Source of the DNA: a virus
Lineage: Duplodnaviria > Caudoviricetes
Direction: 5' to 3' (one strand)
DNA length: 59,842 bases
Virus record (IMG/VR): IMGVR_UViG_3300022924_000019
Coordinates: 1 to 59,842 of that record
Of this stretch, positions 38,309-47,280 are shown piece after piece (position 1 is the first letter of the stretch; each line of letters opens with the position of its first letter). Below the pieces are notes generated by a model, which saw only the letters and a list, made by a program, of their open reading frames with translations, ran no database searches and had not been told where the DNA came from. The position numbers were made by a program, and so were the translations under genes.

Positions 38309-39993
38309 GCCGCTAACCTAAGCTCTTGGAGGCGTCTACGCATAGCCCGGATACGTTTGAACAATGCTTCCTGCGCGTCTTCCTTTACCTTCAGCCGCTC
38401 GACGACGAGACTGTCGTTGGTCCCGCGCATCTGCGGAAGATGGACCCGAACGCGAAGTTTCTGCCCTTGCCGGGCTAGCCGCCGGTAGAGCTGATAGAAC
38501 AGCTCGTAGGACCAACACTGATCGAACATGTAGAGATCGTGTCCTGGCCCGTACTGCATGTTCAGCCCATGGCCGATGCTCGCCGGATGGACCAACAACA
38601 TCGGGATTTTGCCGGTGTTCCACGGGCCGCGCCGGCCAGCCACCTTCCCGGCAGCGTCCATGACCCAGGCATCCGGAAATGCTTTCCGAAGTCGGGCGAG
38701 CGACGACTTGTACCAGTAGGCCACCATCAGCGGCTCACCTTGCAGCTCTTCCCGGAGCTGCCGGAGGTCTTCGATCTTATGCTCGTGGACAACGCGGACT
38801 TGCTTGTCCTTGGTGTAGACAGCGCCGCTTGAGAGCTGAAGGAGCTTACCTGACAGGGCTGCGGCGGTCTCCGCTTCGATCTTCTCGCCATCGTCCAGGG
38901 TCAGGATGAAGTCCCGCTCGAACTTCTGATACTGTTCCAGCTCATGCGGAGCCATATTGATCATGCGGTCGAGGAACAGAGGCGGCGTGTCGTCGAGGTA
39001 GTCTTCCGCCTTCATCACGAGACACAGATCAGCGATGATATCGCCAATCTCTTTGTCCGCGCCGTGCTTCAGTTTGTAGGTGTGTGCATAGGCGTTGTGG
39101 TTGAAGAACTTCTCACGGAAGTGCGTGATGTAGACGCCCAGGCGCTTTCCAAGATCGAGCAAGTAGATCTGCGCGAACAGTCCCATGTAGCCTTCCGCCG
39201 CAGGTGTAGCGGTGAGCTGGTGCAGTCTGTTGATCCCCGCCTGAACCCGGATCGCGGCCATGGCCTTGAAGCGGTCTGTTGAGGCGTCCTTGTAGCTGGA
39301 CGACTCGTCGAGGATCACAACGTTGTAGGGCCAGTCCACGACAACCCGCTTGCGCTTCCTCTTGCCGTTGATCTTGACTTCGCGCATCTCGCTATGCTGA
39401 TCGACGAGCCATTCCAGATGCTCTCGATTGATCAAATGGATCGTAGCCGTACTTCGGCGCCGCTTCTGGCGAAGCTCTTCCTTCATCGCCGTGCGGGCCA
39501 GCCCCGCCGCCTGAGCCGCCCATTTGCTGAGCTGTCGCCTCGCATAAGACCTAGACGCCTGTTCTTCGCCCCCCAGATCGACCAGGGCGGCGATTAGCCC
39601 CTCTACCCTTGCCAGAGCCCCCGGATCGACCTTAAGGGCCTGAGAGGCGTTCCTTCCGGCCGAAATCACTTCTTCATCGTCGTCCTCGGCCCGAATGACC
39701 GAGAAATTGAAGAACGCGGTGTGCTGCCACGCCATGATTTCGTTGGGCCACGTCTGGGCCGCCACGCGAACCGGCGCCACGATGAGCGCCTTCCGCAGCT
39801 TCCCTTTGAGCCAGAGCCGGACCAACAGCGTGAGGATGATGATCGTCTTCCCCAGGCCTGTATCAATGAACAGGGCCGAGAAAGGATTTTTCCAGAGAAA
39901 ATCGACGGCGAAGTTCTGATAGTCGTGCATGTCCTCGGGACCGCGCTCGACAAACTCGAACTTCGCCTTCAGCCGGTCACTTAAGGATGACAC
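38305..39993 (-). CDS. SNF2-family helicase
   Basis: DTGLGKT, DESS, LTATP, GHGLNMQ, RLARQGQ. Confidence 0.92.
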   Translation of the reverse strand: MSSLSDRLKAKFEFVERGPEDMHDYQNFAVDFLWKNPFSALFIDTGLGKTIIILTLLVRLWLKGKLRKALIVAPVRVAAQTWPNEIMAWQHTAFFNFSVIRAEDDDEEVISAGRNASQALKVDPGALARVEGLIAALVDLGGEEQASRSYARRQLSKWAAQAAGLARTAMKEELRQKRRRSTATIHLINREHLEWLVDQHSEMREVKINGKRKRKRVVVDWPYNVVILDESSSYKDASTDRFKAMAAIRVQAGINRLHQLTATPAAEGYMGLFAQIYLLDLGKRLGVYITHFREKFFNHNAYAHTYKLKHGADKEIGDIIADLCLVMKAEDYLDDTPPLFLDRMINMAPHELEQYQKFERDFILTLDDGEKIEAETAAALSGKLLQLSSGAVYTKDKQVRVVHEHKIEDLRQLREELQGEPLMVAYWYKSSLARLRKAFPDAWVMDAAGKVAGRRGPWNTGKIPMLLVHPASIGHGLNMQYGPGHDLYMFDQCWSYELFYQLYRRLARQGQKLRVRVHLPQMRGTNDSLVVERLKVKEDAQEALFKRIRAMRRRLQELRLAA

Positions 39994-40243
39994 GGAACGA
40001 CTCCACGTTGTCTACCCAGTGGACCTCTTGCCCCGCCGCCCGAAGCTCCTCGTGTCGCAAGAGCTGCTGTTCAGTCGGCTCTTCGCCGTCATCTTTCATC
40101 TCGCACCAGAAGGAGTGCCCCGGCTTCATGAACAGACGATCCGGGAAACCCCGGCGACTGGCCTTCATGACCTTGACTTCAGTGTATCCGGCCGCCTTCG
40201 CCAGCTTGACGCAAGGCCTCTCGACGTCCCTGACCTCACCCAT
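39977..40243 (-). CDS. VRR-NUC nuclease
   Basis: GFPDRLF..CEMK..PTEQQ. Confidence 0.88.
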   Translation of the reverse strand: MGEVRDVERPCVKLAKAAGYTEVKVMKASRRGFPDRLFMKPGHSFWCEMKDDGEEPTEQQLLRHEELRAAGQEVHWVDNVESFRVILK

Positions 40244-40916
40244 GGTACGCATCCGCCAATCGGTCGATGGCATCCGTTAGTTTGGCGACCCGAACCATCA
40301 ACGGGACCTGAGAGAGATCCGGGACCAAATCTTCCGGAGGCCGCTCAAGCAAGATATCAGGGAGCGGCGGATCGCCTCGCCGCCAGACCCACCACGAGCA
40401 ATCCATTAGCGGGCTGTCCCCGCGCTCTTCCTTGAGGAACGCGAGGCGCCAAGTCACCGGGTAGACGGCAGTCGGTGTGAACTGCCGCCAGAGCTTCCGG
40501 CGGCTCTTCGTATGCCAGTAGTTCGACTTCAGCAGCAGCGCGGTCAGCGGCGAGAACGCGACGCACCTCTTGATGAAGTCTTCGGCCAGGGCGAAGGGCG
40601 GGTTGGTGATGATAGGGACGCTAGGGAAAGACCGCGTTTGCAGAAAGTCCACATGCGGCGTCCCGTAGCCAGTCCGGCGAATGTCACTGGCGATGACGGG
40701 ATGCCCGAGGGCACGGAAAACCCGTGCAATCTCCCCCGTTCCGCAAGCGGGGTCGCTGACCTCGCACCCCGGCTCTAGTCGAAGGTGAGGATAGAGCGCG
40801 ACCGTCGCTTCCGGCGGCGTCGGATAGAAATCGGACGGCTTGCGTTTGTGCCGCCTCATGCTTTCGACGACGGCGGATGCAACGTTGTGCGCCGGCCAGT
40901 CAGGGTTCCCGCTCAT
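40236..40916 (-). CDS. DNA amino-methyltransferase (N6-adenine/N4-cytosine type)
   Basis: DFYPTP, DPACGTG, ITNPPF. Confidence 0.82.
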   Translation of the reverse strand: MSGNPDWPAHNVASAVVESMRRHKRKPSDFYPTPPEATVALYPHLRLEPGCEVSDPACGTGEIARVFRALGHPVIASDIRRTGYGTPHVDFLQTRSFPSVPIITNPPFALAEDFIKRCVAFSPLTALLLKSNYWHTKSRRKLWRQFTPTAVYPVTWRLAFLKEERGDSPLMDCSWWVWRRGDPPLPDILLERPPEDLVPDLSQVPLMVRVAKLTDAIDRLADAYHG

Positions 40917-41206
40917 TCGCCTTGCTCCGGAAATGATTTCTCGAACGCCGCCGCCAGACGATCAATCGCCTCGCCCAGTTTACAGGGCAGCTCGACGAGG
41001 CCGCAGTTGACCGCGACCTTCATCAGCGCCTCATCGGCCGTCGCTCCAACCTCGCAGTTGAAGTACTTCGGGTCTTGGTCCGACCGGATGGCCGCAAGCC
41101 AACGCCGATCCCCTACATACCAGCGACCTTGAACCTGTCGGTGAAGCCCGGTCAGGCACAAGAGGTCTTCGGCCAGTTTCTCGTTGATCTCGTCGATGCT
41201 AACCAC
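40913..41206 (-). CDS. Hypothetical protein
   Basis: Coupled ORF; C-terminal KLGEAIDRL helix. Confidence 0.6.
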   Translation of the reverse strand: MVSIDEINEKLAEDLLCLTGLHRQVQGRWYVGDRRWLAAIRSDQDPKYFNCEVGATADEALMKVAVNCGLVELPCKLGEAIDRLAAAFEKSFPEQGE

Positions 41207-41684
41207 GGGGCGTTTCCAGTGCGATGCAGAGGCGGTCGATCTGTCGGCCGATGGCCTCTAGGCGGCCCTCAAACGTCTTGGTACGGTCAATACGGTGTCC
41301 CGGAGGCCCTGGGGGCGGCGTCTCGCGGAAAATGCGGTAGAGGCCGCCGTAGAGCTTGCCCTTATCGACCTCGCCGTAAAACGTTCGAGGGAAGGTGGTC
41401 TCCGAATGGTTGCTCAGCCGCGCCATCGCGAACACCTCGCGCACCGTCTGGGCATCGTACCCGTTCCACTTCTGCGAGGTCACCAGATCGAAGAGTTCCT
41501 GGCCGGCCTCCGTCAACCGCAGCGCCCCAGGCCACGTTCGGCCGTCCGTATCGACATTCGGATCGAGCCAGAGCATCCCGTTGTCCGCGAAACGGCCGGC
41601 GCACGGGCGCAAGACCTCGGGCACGACTGGAAACGCCTCAAGGAACTCTCGGGCTCGCGGGTCGATGTAGAGAAGATCGGTCAT
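41199..41684 (-). CDS. Hypothetical protein
   Basis: GGAG RBS; ATGA coupling; C-terminal QIDRL helix. Confidence 0.65.
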   Translation of the reverse strand: MTDLLYIDPRAREFLEAFPVVPEVLRPCAGRFADNGMLWLDPNVDTDGRTWPGALRLTEAGQELFDLVTSQKWNGYDAQTVREVFAMARLSNHSETTFPRTFYGEVDKGKLYGGLYRIFRETPPPGPPGHRIDRTKTFEGRLEAIGRQIDRLCIALETPRG

Positions 41685-41977
41685 TTCTTTTTCCTCCGGA
41701 CAGCCTTGCGCGTCGGGATAGTTGGGTCGTTCACGGACCCGGACAAGGCGCCGCTTTCGATCTTCGCCCAGGTCTCTAGCCGGTCGGTGGCTCGCGCCAG
41801 GGCCTCAAGCGATCCTCTGATCCCGGCCCGCGGGGAAATCCGGTCGCAAGCCGCGACAGCCTTTCCCTCCCAGGTACACCGCGCATGGCAGTACGCGACG
41901 CCGGGGTTGATCTCGCGCCGATCAAGGTGACTGCACTCCCCGCACGTCCTGCCGTCGTCTAGCCGGTATCCCATCAT
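41681..41977 (-). CDS. Cys-rich hypothetical protein
   Basis: TCGECSH..YC..C..ACDR; TGATG coupling to the polymerase gene. Confidence 0.55.
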   Translation of the reverse strand: MMGYRLDDGRTCGECSHLDRREINPGVAYCHARCTWEGKAVAACDRISPRAGIRGSLEALARATDRLETWAKIESGALSGSVNDPTIPTRKAVRRKKK

Positions 41978-44157
41978 CAGTCCTTCCGATAGAAGGCAGC
42001 CTGCCACCCGGCGGCGCCCAAGGGCATTCCTTCAGCCCAGTCAATCTTCCGCGTCATGATCTCGCGAAGACCCTCGACCGTAAACAGGTTCGAGCCCTTG
42101 CGGATGAGCGCGATGATTTCGTCGTGGACGTGACCGACGATAGGCCAACCCGCCTCCCAGGCTCGCATCAGACCAATCGCCAGGATATCGCGGGCGATGG
42201 CCTGAACGATGTTCTCGGTCATCTTGCCGCCGTGAGAGAGGACCCGGACCCACCCGTTGCCGTTCTGCTGCTTCCCCATGTAGGAGAAGTTCCACTTGTA
42301 GATTGGTTCGCCGTCCGGATGCTCGGGCGTAGGGTCGCCCCTGTAGTTCATCAGGACCCGCTCCATGCGGGGCTTGTAGTAGTAGATCCGGCGACCCGAG
42401 GGCAGCTTGATCGTCATATACGGCCCCATCATCTCGTAGACGACAGGGACAGGGATCTTCCGGCCGCCGATGAAGATAATGGGCGCGACCGCCCGCTTGG
42501 TCTTCATGGCCGTCTCAAGAGCCTTCTCAAGCGCGTACCAGAGCTTCGGAATCTCTGGATAGACCGTGCGGAACAGCTTCACGGCCTTGTGGCTGTCGGC
42601 TTGGGACAGATTGATGCCCATGTTCTCGGCGTAGCCCCAAAGGCCCGTTCTCTTGCCGCCCTGAAGGTCGCCGCCGCCTAGGCGGAAGCCCGCACCGAGA
42701 ACGGCTGGCTTCGAGTTCGTCCGCTCTTCCTTGGTGACGTCGTCGTACTCCTTCGAGTACAGCTCTTGGCCGAAGTCCTTGTACGGGTCTTTACCGCTGC
42801 TGATGACTTCGAGAAGACGTTGACAACCGGATACCCAGGCAATCGTGCAGGTCTCAATCGAGGCCAAGTCGGACGCCAGAAGCTCGTAGCCCTCGGGAGC
42901 CCGGATCGCGGATCGCACGGTGCCGGCCAGGGCGTTCATCGGCTCCTTGACCGATAGCGCCAGCCCCTCGTAGTCGTTATTCCTGATCAGATTGGTGACC
43001 ATCTCAAGTACGAGGTCTTCGGGCAGACCGAAGTCAATCGCCGCCTTGCACATTTCAAGGATTTTCGGCGTTCGGGGCAAGTTGTGCTGCTGGAACCCCC
43101 GACCGGCCCAACGCTGCGTTCGGGATGCCCCGGCGAACTGATAGGCGAACCGAAGCCGGTCGTCTTCGCCTACGAGCCGGACCAGGGCGTCATATTTCCG
43201 CGTGGACGTCCGGGCAGTCTGCTGACGGAAGAGAAGTGCCTGAACCGCCTCTCCGGCCAGGGGGCCGCCTTCGAAATCGGCCGGCTCGGCATACTCGTCG
43301 TCGTAAATCTCGACCTCAACTCCTGCTTCGTCCGCATTCTCGTTGAGGACCTTCTTGACGGTCTCTTTTTGAAGGTCGTCGAACCAGTAGCCCCGCTCCT
43401 TGAGCCACCCGAGAAGCTGGGGGACGCTGTTGGGGTTATCGAGGCCCGTCAGATCGACCAGGGCCTCTGTCAGCTCGGCCTTGCGTCGGGCCGCCATGGT
43501 GATCGCGTTGCGGGCGAAGCCCATGTCAATCGGCAGGCCGATATCGTTGATCTGCTGATCGAGATGATAGAGGTCCCATTCGAACTCAGGGACCGGGAAC
43601 TTGATCAGGCGCCGCTTGATGCCCTTTTCGGTGACCACGTCGCCGCAGTTGTAGTCCTTGAACAGCTCCCAGTCCTCGGGATCGGTCAGCGAGTTGCGCC
43701 AGACCAGGGAGTTCTTCTTGGTGATCTTCTGGGGCTTGCAGAACAGGTTGATCAGGCGCTTGCCGTCCTTGATCTTCTGCTGATCCTCGGGCAGCCCGAC
43801 TTGCTCGCCGACCTGGGCGAGCGTTCCGGTGAACGACTGCATGTAGGCGAGAACCTGAGTGCAGCGCCAGCTCTTGTAGTCCGTCTTGATCCCCAGTCGT
43901 CGGATCGCCATGACCCGCTCGAACTGAGCGTTGAAAGCCCATTTGGTGACGTGGGGGTCTTCGAGAGCTTCGATCAGCTCCTTGGGGGGCGGCCCGTCGT
44001 CCGCATCCCAGTGCTTGATCGGGTCCTTGTCGAAGCTGTACGCCCCCATGATGATCTTGGTGGACGGATGCGCAGAATAGCGGTCGAGACCGACTGACTT
44101 CGGTCCCCCGAAGTCCAGTTCAGACTTAGATTCCCAGTCAAGATTTAGCGTGGTCAT
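41977..44157 (-). CDS. DNA polymerase, family A
   Basis: LDWE and AFNAQFE (exonuclease), SDLASIE (motif A), K..VLGAGF (motif B), HVHDE (motif C). Confidence 0.95.
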   Translation of the reverse strand: MTTLNLDWESKSELDFGGPKSVGLDRYSAHPSTKIIMGAYSFDKDPIKHWDADDGPPPKELIEALEDPHVTKWAFNAQFERVMAIRRLGIKTDYKSWRCTQVLAYMQSFTGTLAQVGEQVGLPEDQQKIKDGKRLINLFCKPQKITKKNSLVWRNSLTDPEDWELFKDYNCGDVVTEKGIKRRLIKFPVPEFEWDLYHLDQQINDIGLPIDMGFARNAITMAARRKAELTEALVDLTGLDNPNSVPQLLGWLKERGYWFDDLQKETVKKVLNENADEAGVEVEIYDDEYAEPADFEGGPLAGEAVQALLFRQQTARTSTRKYDALVRLVGEDDRLRFAYQFAGASRTQRWAGRGFQQHNLPRTPKILEMCKAAIDFGLPEDLVLEMVTNLIRNNDYEGLALSVKEPMNALAGTVRSAIRAPEGYELLASDLASIETCTIAWVSGCQRLLEVISSGKDPYKDFGQELYSKEYDDVTKEERTNSKPAVLGAGFRLGGGDLQGGKRTGLWGYAENMGINLSQADSHKAVKLFRTVYPEIPKLWYALEKALETAMKTKRAVAPIIFIGGRKIPVPVVYEMMGPYMTIKLPSGRRIYYYKPRMERVLMNYRGDPTPEHPDGEPIYKWNFSYMGKQQNGNGWVRVLSHGGKMTENIVQAIARDILAIGLMRAWEAGWPIVGHVHDEIIALIRKGSNLFTVEGLREIMTRKIDWAEGMPLGAAGWQAAFYRKD

Positions 44158-44179
44158 GAACTTGGCCCCAGACACAATA

Positions 44180-44210
44180 CGAGCCCCGACCCCACCGGAA
44201 TCGGGGCTCG
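44180..44210 (-). terminator. Stem-loop between the SSB and polymerase genes
   Basis: CGAGCCCCGA / TCGGGGCTCG 10-bp stem. Confidence 0.55.
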
Positions 44211-44240
44211 CAAGTCGGAAATGACTTCCGAGACTACGGC

Positions 44241-44855
44241 CTACAGGTCGTCGTCATCGTCCTCGTCGAAGCCCGAGCTGTCGTCATCGACCGCCTCGAA
44301 GGTCTCGTCGATGGCGTCCTCGCCGATCCGACCTTCGCCGAACTCTTCGTCTTCCCGCTTGACCTGAACGGCCACGAGCCCGGCGTTGATCTTCTTGCCG
44401 TGTTCGTTGTCCTGCCACCAGGGCTTGATCAGGATATCGCCCCAGTAGCCAGGACGAACCAGCGTCTTGATCTTGTTCTGGGGGATCGGGCGGGTGTCCT
44501 TGCCGCGAACCGAGGGCGGATCGTCCTCGGCCGACGAGGCATTCAGCGTGTAGTGGCCGAACGCTTCTTCCTTGGAGCCCTGGTCGCCGTCGCGCAGGAA
44601 CTTGTCCTTGGAAGCCATGGCCGGGACCTTGTTGTCCGCGAGCATCTTGTCCATGTACTTCTTCAGCAGGTTCTTGGCCGGCTTGTGGGTGCCCTTGGGC
44701 ATCAGGCCGACGATGGTATGCTTCTTCCGTTCCTTCTCGCTCTTCGACCAGGGGGCATCGACGTGCGGGTACGAGAAACGCACGTTCTGAACGAGGATCG
44801 AGCCGTCGCTGTAAACTTTGCAGTTGGCGACTTCTTCAACAATAGTCCGGGCCAT
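44241..44855 (-). CDS. ssDNA-binding protein (DUF2815-like)
   Basis: NVRFSYPH, LRDGD, GLVAVQ; acidic tail. Confidence 0.82.
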   Translation of the reverse strand: MARTIVEEVANCKVYSDGSILVQNVRFSYPHVDAPWSKSEKERKKHTIVGLMPKGTHKPAKNLLKKYMDKMLADNKVPAMASKDKFLRDGDQGSKEEAFGHYTLNASSAEDDPPSVRGKDTRPIPQNKIKTLVRPGYWGDILIKPWWQDNEHGKKINAGLVAVQVKREDEEFGEGRIGEDAIDETFEAVDDDSSGFDEDDDDDL

Positions 44856-44898
44856 CTTGTGTTCCTTCTGGCTTTTTCGGCTTTACGGTTTTTCGGCT

Positions 44899-46347
44899 TT
44901 AGAGGTCATCATCCGAGACAGGCTCGAATACTGACCCGACGTCTTCCAGTTCTTCTCGGGTATCCTTGAGAAGAACCAGAGTTGGTCGTCCCGGAGCGCG
45001 ATTCACTAACGGGGCGAGCAAGGATGCCGCTCGACTCTTGGTAAGTCCAGCAGCTTTTAGTTTCTCTTCCGCCTTCGCGGGCGAAATGACTTCGGTGATC
45101 TCGATCTCGTCTTCCGGAACGCCCAGGAACTCAAGCTCCTCGGCCACGGTCGTCGGATCGACCCATTTGCGGTCGCCGTCCCGGCCGTCTACGACCTTCC
45201 AGGGGGTGACGTCGTCACCGTTCTTGTTGCCCCGGTACAGCAGCTCGGCCGCCACGTCCTTGAACCACGCCTCCATCACCTTGCGATAGGTCAGAACCTT
45301 CGCCATCTGGGCCGTAGTCATAGTGCTGGCTGAAGGCGGCGTCAGAGCGAAGCCCCGGTCGTCCAAGAGCTTCTTGGTCGACTCCATGTCGGCCGTGGTG
45401 AGGACGCGGAATTCGCCTTCGATCACCCCGTTGTCGTCGCGCATGACGGTCGCTTCCTCTACGGCGTCGAACACGCCTTCCGTGAGATCGTGGGCCAGCG
45501 CCACCTTGGCAACGCACGTCGCCTTCACCTTGCACCAGCGGCAGCCCTTTGGCGAGGCGGCCCGTGGGGCGTCCGGCTGCCACGCCAGGGCAGCACGAAC
45601 CTTCACGTACTCGGCGAACGCCAGCAGCTCTTCTCGCGTGGTTTCCCAGACGTCGAAATGCGAGAGCCGGGGCTGCGCGATACGAATGACGATCCGCTCG
45701 AAGTGGAAACGGGCGTCGAACTTCAAGAAGAACCCGATTGCGTAGAGCATCGCTTGCGGATTGCCGTTGAACTTCCCATCGACCAGGGCTCGCGGATCGT
45801 TCGCGTCCTCGGCGGCGAAGACGATGTTGTCCGGCGAACGGCCCATCTTCAAGTCGGTGATCGTCAGGACACCCGGCTCGCAGGCAGCGTGGTCCGCCGT
45901 GCCGCCCTGGTTCGGAAGCGGGGTCAGTTCGGAGAAGTAGACCTTGGTCTCGACGAACTGGGTTCCGGGGAGCGTGACGCACCACTTCACGTACTGCCGA
46001 ACGTAGGCCACCATCTCCGAGTCGATCAGGATATCGAACGACTCCCGCCGCTCCTTGATCGTCTTGGTGGTCCCGATCAGAGCGGTCGGGCAGCATTCGT
46101 CGATCCACTCTTCTAGACCCAGCTCGCCCATCTCGCTTTCGGCGAGTTCGTTGAGCCAGATTTCGCCGACCTCATGGCCCACCGTTCCGTAGGCCGCGTC
46201 CTCGCCTGCATCATCTTCGGCAAGAAGGTTCGGGATCAGGGAGCCCGAACAGAAGAGCCACATGTAAGACCCGGACGGAGCGAAGATCGAGTGATCTCCG
46301 AGCGCCTTTTGAATGGCGTCAAGGTCTAGGCCGTGATGCTCGGACAT
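44899..46347 (-). CDS. DUF2800 / Cas4-like exonuclease
   Basis: HSIFAPS..W..C.GS, GTVGH, GTAD, DLKMG, Q..LYA, CRWC..C. Confidence 0.85.
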   Translation of the reverse strand: MSEHHGLDLDAIQKALGDHSIFAPSGSYMWLFCSGSLIPNLLAEDDAGEDAAYGTVGHEVGEIWLNELAESEMGELGLEEWIDECCPTALIGTTKTIKERRESFDILIDSEMVAYVRQYVKWCVTLPGTQFVETKVYFSELTPLPNQGGTADHAACEPGVLTITDLKMGRSPDNIVFAAEDANDPRALVDGKFNGNPQAMLYAIGFFLKFDARFHFERIVIRIAQPRLSHFDVWETTREELLAFAEYVKVRAALAWQPDAPRAASPKGCRWCKVKATCVAKVALAHDLTEGVFDAVEEATVMRDDNGVIEGEFRVLTTADMESTKKLLDDRGFALTPPSASTMTTAQMAKVLTYRKVMEAWFKDVAAELLYRGNKNGDDVTPWKVVDGRDGDRKWVDPTTVAEELEFLGVPEDEIEITEVISPAKAEEKLKAAGLTKSRAASLLAPLVNRAPGRPTLVLLKDTREELEDVGSVFEPVSDDDL

Positions 46348-46436
46348 ACGGAAGTGATTTCCACTTTTGGGGCTTTCGGGTGAGGCTGCCGACCGGTTAT
46401 CCGGGTCGAATTACGGGACTGTGCCCCAGCCTCGCC

Positions 46437-46475
46437 AGAAAGCCCCGGCCCTTCGGGGGGAGTAGGGCCGGGGCT
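46437..46475 (-). terminator. Terminator-like hairpin
   Basis: AGCCCCGGCCCT / AGGGCCGGGGCT stem with a short T run on the minus strand. Confidence 0.6.
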
Positions 46476-46490
46476 CCGAGGACGCGAAGA

Positions 46491-46847
46491 CTAGATATCG
46501 TCTTCGTCGTCTTCGTCGGGCTCGTCGGTCGCCGCCAGGGCTTCCGAGCAGGCCGAGACGGCCTTGTCGAACTTCTCGGGCATGTTCAGCAGATCGGCGA
46601 GCTTGGCGCCGGTCTTGCCCACGACGGCTTCGATCAGCTCCTTGGCGACCGGGGCGCCCTTCTTCTCCTTCACTTCGAGGATCGCGGCTTGCACCTGATC
46701 CGCGTTGTTCTTCGGAGCGTCGGCGGCGGCCTTCTTGGTGCCGGCCTTCTTCTCGCTGGTCGCCGCGGCGGTCGGGGCCTTGCCGCCTTGCACGGCGATC
46801 AGTTGTTCGATGACGCCGATCAGGCGGTCGATTTTCTCTTCGAGCAT
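46491..46847 (-). CDS. Hypothetical protein (N-terminal helix, Ala/Lys linker, acidic tail)
   Basis: Strong codon bias; first gene of the replication operon. Confidence 0.78.
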   Translation of the reverse strand: MLEEKIDRLIGVIEQLIAVQGGKAPTAAATSEKKAGTKKAAADAPKNNADQVQAAILEVKEKKGAPVAKELIEAVVGKTGAKLADLLNMPEKFDKAVSACSEALAATDEPDEDDEDDI

Positions 46848-46859
46848 GGTGTCTCTTTC

Positions 46860-47000
46860 TCAAAATGGAGGATGGCCCGCTAAGGGACGATCTGCACTAA
46901 AACCGATTCGGTTGTTTAGATCAAGTGTTACCGAAGCGAATAATGTTCTTGTTGTTTCGCTCGACTCTGACTAGCGATATCGTGAAACCGTGCAAGGAGA
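46860..47000. promoter_or_regulatory. Divergent control region
   Basis: AT-richer gap between divergent genes; imperfect inverted repeats such as CTAAAACCGA-T-TCGGTTGTTTAG. Confidence 0.6.
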
Positions 47001-47005
47001 TTCGG

Positions 47006-47278
47006 ATGAACGTGCCTATGCCGCAATGGCTTGACACTATCGCCGACGAAGATCAGGACGCCGCCCGTTCTCGCTTTCTGCTGAGATTGGCGGCGCTTTA
47101 CCATTCGCCCGAAGGTAAGCTGAACACACTTTCTGAAGCTGTCGGGTTCTCGCCCAACAGTCTTGCTCAGCTTTATCGGGTGTCCGCCCCCCTGGCCGTC
47201 TCTCTCGAAGAGCTGCTGGGCCGCGACAACTTCCCCCGCGAGCTGTTCCGCCCAGATCTGTTCCGCACCGAGGCGTGA
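47006..47278 (+). CDS. Putative Cro-like HTH regulator
   Basis: AAGGAG RBS; LSEAVGFSPNSLAQ; ELFRPDLF C-terminal signature. Confidence 0.7.
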   Translation: MNVPMPQWLDTIADEDQDAARSRFLLRLAALYHSPEGKLNTLSEAVGFSPNSLAQLYRVSAPLAVSLEELLGRDNFPRELFRPDLFRTEA

Positions 47279-47280
47279 CC

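Noticed and set aside
44899-46347. Cas4-like nuclease as evidence of a CRISPR system
   Set aside because: No repeat-spacer array or other cas genes; it is a standard phage replication exonuclease.
46942-46960. AATGTTCTTGTTGTTTCG, and the GTTC repeats near 50186, as alphaproteobacterial LexA boxes
   Set aside because: The spacing does not fit GTTC-N7-GTTC.
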